Assembly: GCA_039714075.1 (NCBI GenBank)
Contig: JBDLKA010000072.1
Span: 1 to 18,567 of the forward strand
DNA: 18,567 nt
Source: Candidatus Krumholzibacteriota bacterium
GTDB taxonomy: Bacteria > Krumholzibacteriota > Krumholzibacteriia > LZORAL124-64-63
Direction of reading: 5' to 3'
Position numbers and translations under genes: made by a program. Position 1 is the first letter of the stretch, and every line of letters starts with the position of its first letter. This document shows, one piece after another, positions 16,774 through 18,567 of the stretch. Below the pieces are notes generated by a model, which had not been told where the DNA came from, made no database searches, and saw only the letters and a list, made by a program, of their open reading frames with translations.

Positions 16774-16938
16774 GTGAGTAAGTTTTTCTACATCGGCCGC
16801 CTGTTCCGCGAAATATTCCAGTTCGCCATGCAGAACAAGGCCTGGTGGATCGTGCCGACCGTGCTGATCCTGCTGGTGCTGGGCGTTCTCATCTTTTCCG
16901 GGCAGGCCGTGGCGCCGTTCATCTATACGCTGTTCTAG
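16774..16938 (+). CDS. Small single-pass membrane protein, SxtK/DUF5989 family (54 aa; absent from the ORF track)
   Basis: GTG start with AAGGA RBS at 16765-16769. Translation: MSKFFYIGRLFREIFQFAMQNKAWWIVPTVLILLVLGVLIFSGQAVAPFIYTLF*. The K.WW..P and C-terminal APFIYTLF signature matches SxtK-like proteins, codons are GC3-rich, and a terminator follows. Confidence 0.88.
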   Translation: MSKFFYIGRLFREIFQFAMQNKAWWIVPTVLILLVLGVLIFSGQAVAPFIYTLF

Positions 16939-16964
16939 GATTCGAACCGGGGAAACCGGACCTG

Positions 16965-17005
16965 AAAAAGCCGCCGCGGGAAATGACCGCGGCGGCTTTT
17001 CTTTT
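16965..17005. terminator. Bidirectional intrinsic terminator
   Basis: AAAAA-GCCGCCGCGG-gaaatga-CCGCGGCGGC-TTTTCTTTT between convergent genes ending at 16938 and 17021. Confidence 0.9.
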
Positions 17006-17020
17006 GCGACAGGCGACGGA

Positions 17021-17632
17021 TCAGCCGGCGACCTTGACCAGCAGGTCCTCCTTCAGACCGTCACTGGCCGGCTTTGCTCCGAACCAGACGGTCCACAGGG
17101 CCTTGACGAACTCGAAATTCGTGATGACGCCCTGCTCCGCACCGTTCAGAACCGTTTTCAGGCCCTTGCCGGGAATGTAGGTGAAGACGAGTTCATCGCC
17201 CTCCTGCGCATCGTTCTCGAAGTAGGCCAGGAAGGCATCCATGTCGGTGGAAAAAGCCGACAGGTCCTCGTAGTTGTCTTCGATGACATCCTTGAAGGCG
17301 TTGCAGAGCTTTTCACGGCTGAAGCCCCGCACCAGATCCATCCGGATCATCTTGGGAGCGTCCAGTTCCAGCAGCGAAATCCCCAGGTCGCCCTTGAGCT
17401 GGGTGCCGGTCGCCACATAGGAGACGATGGCGTAGACGTTGACCTTCAGGAAGGTCTTTTCCCGCAACCCCACTCCGGTGACGGTCAGGGTGTAGCTGGC
17501 GCCGTCGGTTTCGATGGTCACCGTGTCGTCGTATTCCATCTCCGTGTCGGGTTCGATGATGGCTCCGGCGGACCAGGGCATCATCAGGATGATCAGGGCC
17601 AGCAGGCTGGCGAAACGGGCATATCTGTACAT
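17021..17632 (-). CDS. Secreted chalcone-isomerase-like fold protein (Chalcone_3-type)
   Basis: Start re-assigned to ATG 17632 (GGGAGA RBS), giving a signal peptide MYRYARFASLLALIILMMPWSAGA. Motifs G.GLREK.FLKVNVYAI, GDELVFTYIPGKG, F.KALW.VWFG.KP.S..LK..LL are typical of bacterial CHI-fold proteins. Confidence 0.85.
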   Translation of the reverse strand: MYRYARFASLLALIILMMPWSAGAIIEPDTEMEYDDTVTIETDGASYTLTVTGVGLREKTFLKVNVYAIVSYVATGTQLKGDLGISLLELDAPKMIRMDLVRGFSREKLCNAFKDVIEDNYEDLSAFSTDMDAFLAYFENDAQEGDELVFTYIPGKGLKTVLNGAEQGVITNFEFVKALWTVWFGAKPASDGLKEDLLVKVAG

Positions 17633-17746
17633 GGCTGTTCTCTCCCGGGCCGGTGGAAAAAGGTCGGATGGCCTGGATCCGAATGACTCCAGACTACACC
17701 CCATCCCTCCCCTTGGACAAGCAAAAGGGTTGAACCCCGCCGGGAC

Positions 17747-17783
17747 AAAAAAGTGCCCGTGGACGGTGTACGTCCACGGGCAC
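17747..17783 (-). terminator. Intrinsic terminator of the SdrD-B-domain gene
   Basis: 13-bp perfect stem GTGCCCGTGGACG/CGTCCACGGGCAC with a 5-nt loop, followed on the minus strand by T6 (17752-17747), about 20 nt after the stop at 17803. Confidence 0.88.
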
Positions 17784-17802
17784 CTGGTGCGAAGGGATAT
17801 TT

Positions 17803-18567
17803 CTACTTGAACATGACCGGTTCTTCGTCATCGTCGTCTTCACAATGTCCGGGGCCGATGTCCCCGTTGTTGTAGGCGTCGAACGAACCCTGCCACATCA
17901 TGACCATGTCCTTGTCCTCTTGGCTCAGCCCGTCCCAGTCGGTCCAGTCGTGGTCGGCCAGGAAAGCGTCGGCGTCGGTCACATAGTCGGCGACATCGCC
18001 ATCACTGGCGCCGGCGGCGAAGTTGAGCTTCGCGGCCAGCAGCTGTGCGTACAGCTTGGTGATGCCGTTGTTGTTCTTGCCGTAGGTCTTCATTTCCAGA
18101 ACGTCGACCGCGATGGCAGCCGTGGTCACGTCCAGCGTCTTGGCCCCACCCATGTCACCGAGGTAGACCGGCAGGTACTGGCTGACAAGGTCTTCCTGGG
18201 GGCCGAATCCGGTCCAGTTCTTCCACTTTCCGATGGTCAGCGTGCAGCCGTCCTGGGGAGGCAGGCACAGACCGGCATCAATGGTCCAGTCGTCGGCGTC
18301 GACGATGGTGATGCAGTCGGTCATTCCGTCCTCACCGGCGTTGCTGTCGGTCTCGAAGCCGCAGGCAAACTGGGGGCTGAATTCATAACCGGCAGGAGCC
18401 TCGAACCGGACTGTGTAGTCTCCGGGCAGGAGTTCACAGAACTCGTAGTAGCCAGTATCATCGGTGAACGTGGTCCCGATTTCATCCCCGGCGGGGCAAC
18501 CTTCATACAGGAACACCTTGACGCCTCTGACGCCTCTTTCACCATCGTCCTGGCAACCGTTGCAGTC
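17803..18567 (-). CDS. Probable secreted/surface protein, C-terminal part: SdrD B-like domain plus an uncharacterised C-terminal helical domain (5'-truncated)
   Basis: Frame is open to the window end: DCNGCQDDGERGVRGVKVFLY...TDDTGYYEF..L.PGDYTVRFEAPAGY.FSP....DSN...G.T......D.TIDAGL is the SdrD-B pattern. It continues GCTLTIGKWKN...LYAQLLAAKLN...DAYNNG and an acidic tail. Confidence 0.8.
   Translation of the reverse strand, partial: DCNGCQDDGERGVRGVKVFLYEGCPAGDEIGTTFTDDTGYYEFCELLPGDYTVRFEAPAGYEFSPQFACGFETDSNAGEDGMTDCITIVDADDWTIDAGLCLPPQDGCTLTIGKWKNWTGFGPQEDLVSQYLPVYLGDMGGAKTLDVTTAAIAVDVLEMKTYGKNNNGITKLYAQLLAAKLNFAAGASDGDVADYVTDADAFLADHDWTDWDGLSQEDKDMVMMWQGSFDAYNNGDIGPGHCEDDDDEEPVMFK

Noticed and set aside
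14339..16938. Saxitoxin biosynthesis cluster
   Set aside because: Only sxtI/J/K-like genes are present, with no sxtA PKS-like enzyme, amidinotransferase (sxtG) or other sxt genes. The triad occurs outside toxin producers.
16845..17180. 111-aa plus-strand ORF from the track
   Set aside because: It is out of frame with the real 54-aa DUF5989 gene, runs through a terminator and lies antisense to the CHI-like gene.
18519..18538. Tandem TGACGCCTCT-like 9-bp repeat (RGV-RGV)
   Set aside because: Only two short copies inside coding sequence, fitting the normal SdrD-B 'G..GV.V' motif.

Overview
High-GC bacterial chromosomal window, densely coding, with no rRNA/tRNA, CRISPR or mobile element evident. 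Left to right: (1) the 3' part of an outer-membrane beta-barrel protein gene (+) ending at a bidirectional terminator. (2) A tightly coupled five-gene minus-strand operon: RND adaptor (MFP), two RND permeases, a fused GlcD-GlcE-like FAD oxidoreductase, and a GlcF-like Fe-S subunit. (3) Divergent etfB-etfA behind a near-consensus sigma70 promoter. (4) A three-gene module: SxtJ-family membrane protein, NodU/CmcH/SxtI-type O-carbamoyltransferase, and a 54-aa SxtK/DUF5989-type peptide missed by the ORF track. (5) A secreted chalcone-isomerase-fold protein (-). (6) The 3' end of a protein with an SdrD-B-like domain (-). The most interesting signal is that the small peptide is a single-pass membrane protein ending in FIYTLF. 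This matches the C-terminal F-I-Y-x-x-F motif of the DltX/AlgI tyrosine acyl-shuttle and suggests an MBOAT-independent trans-envelope carbamoyl-transfer system. Family assignments come from motif recognition by eye, not database searches.
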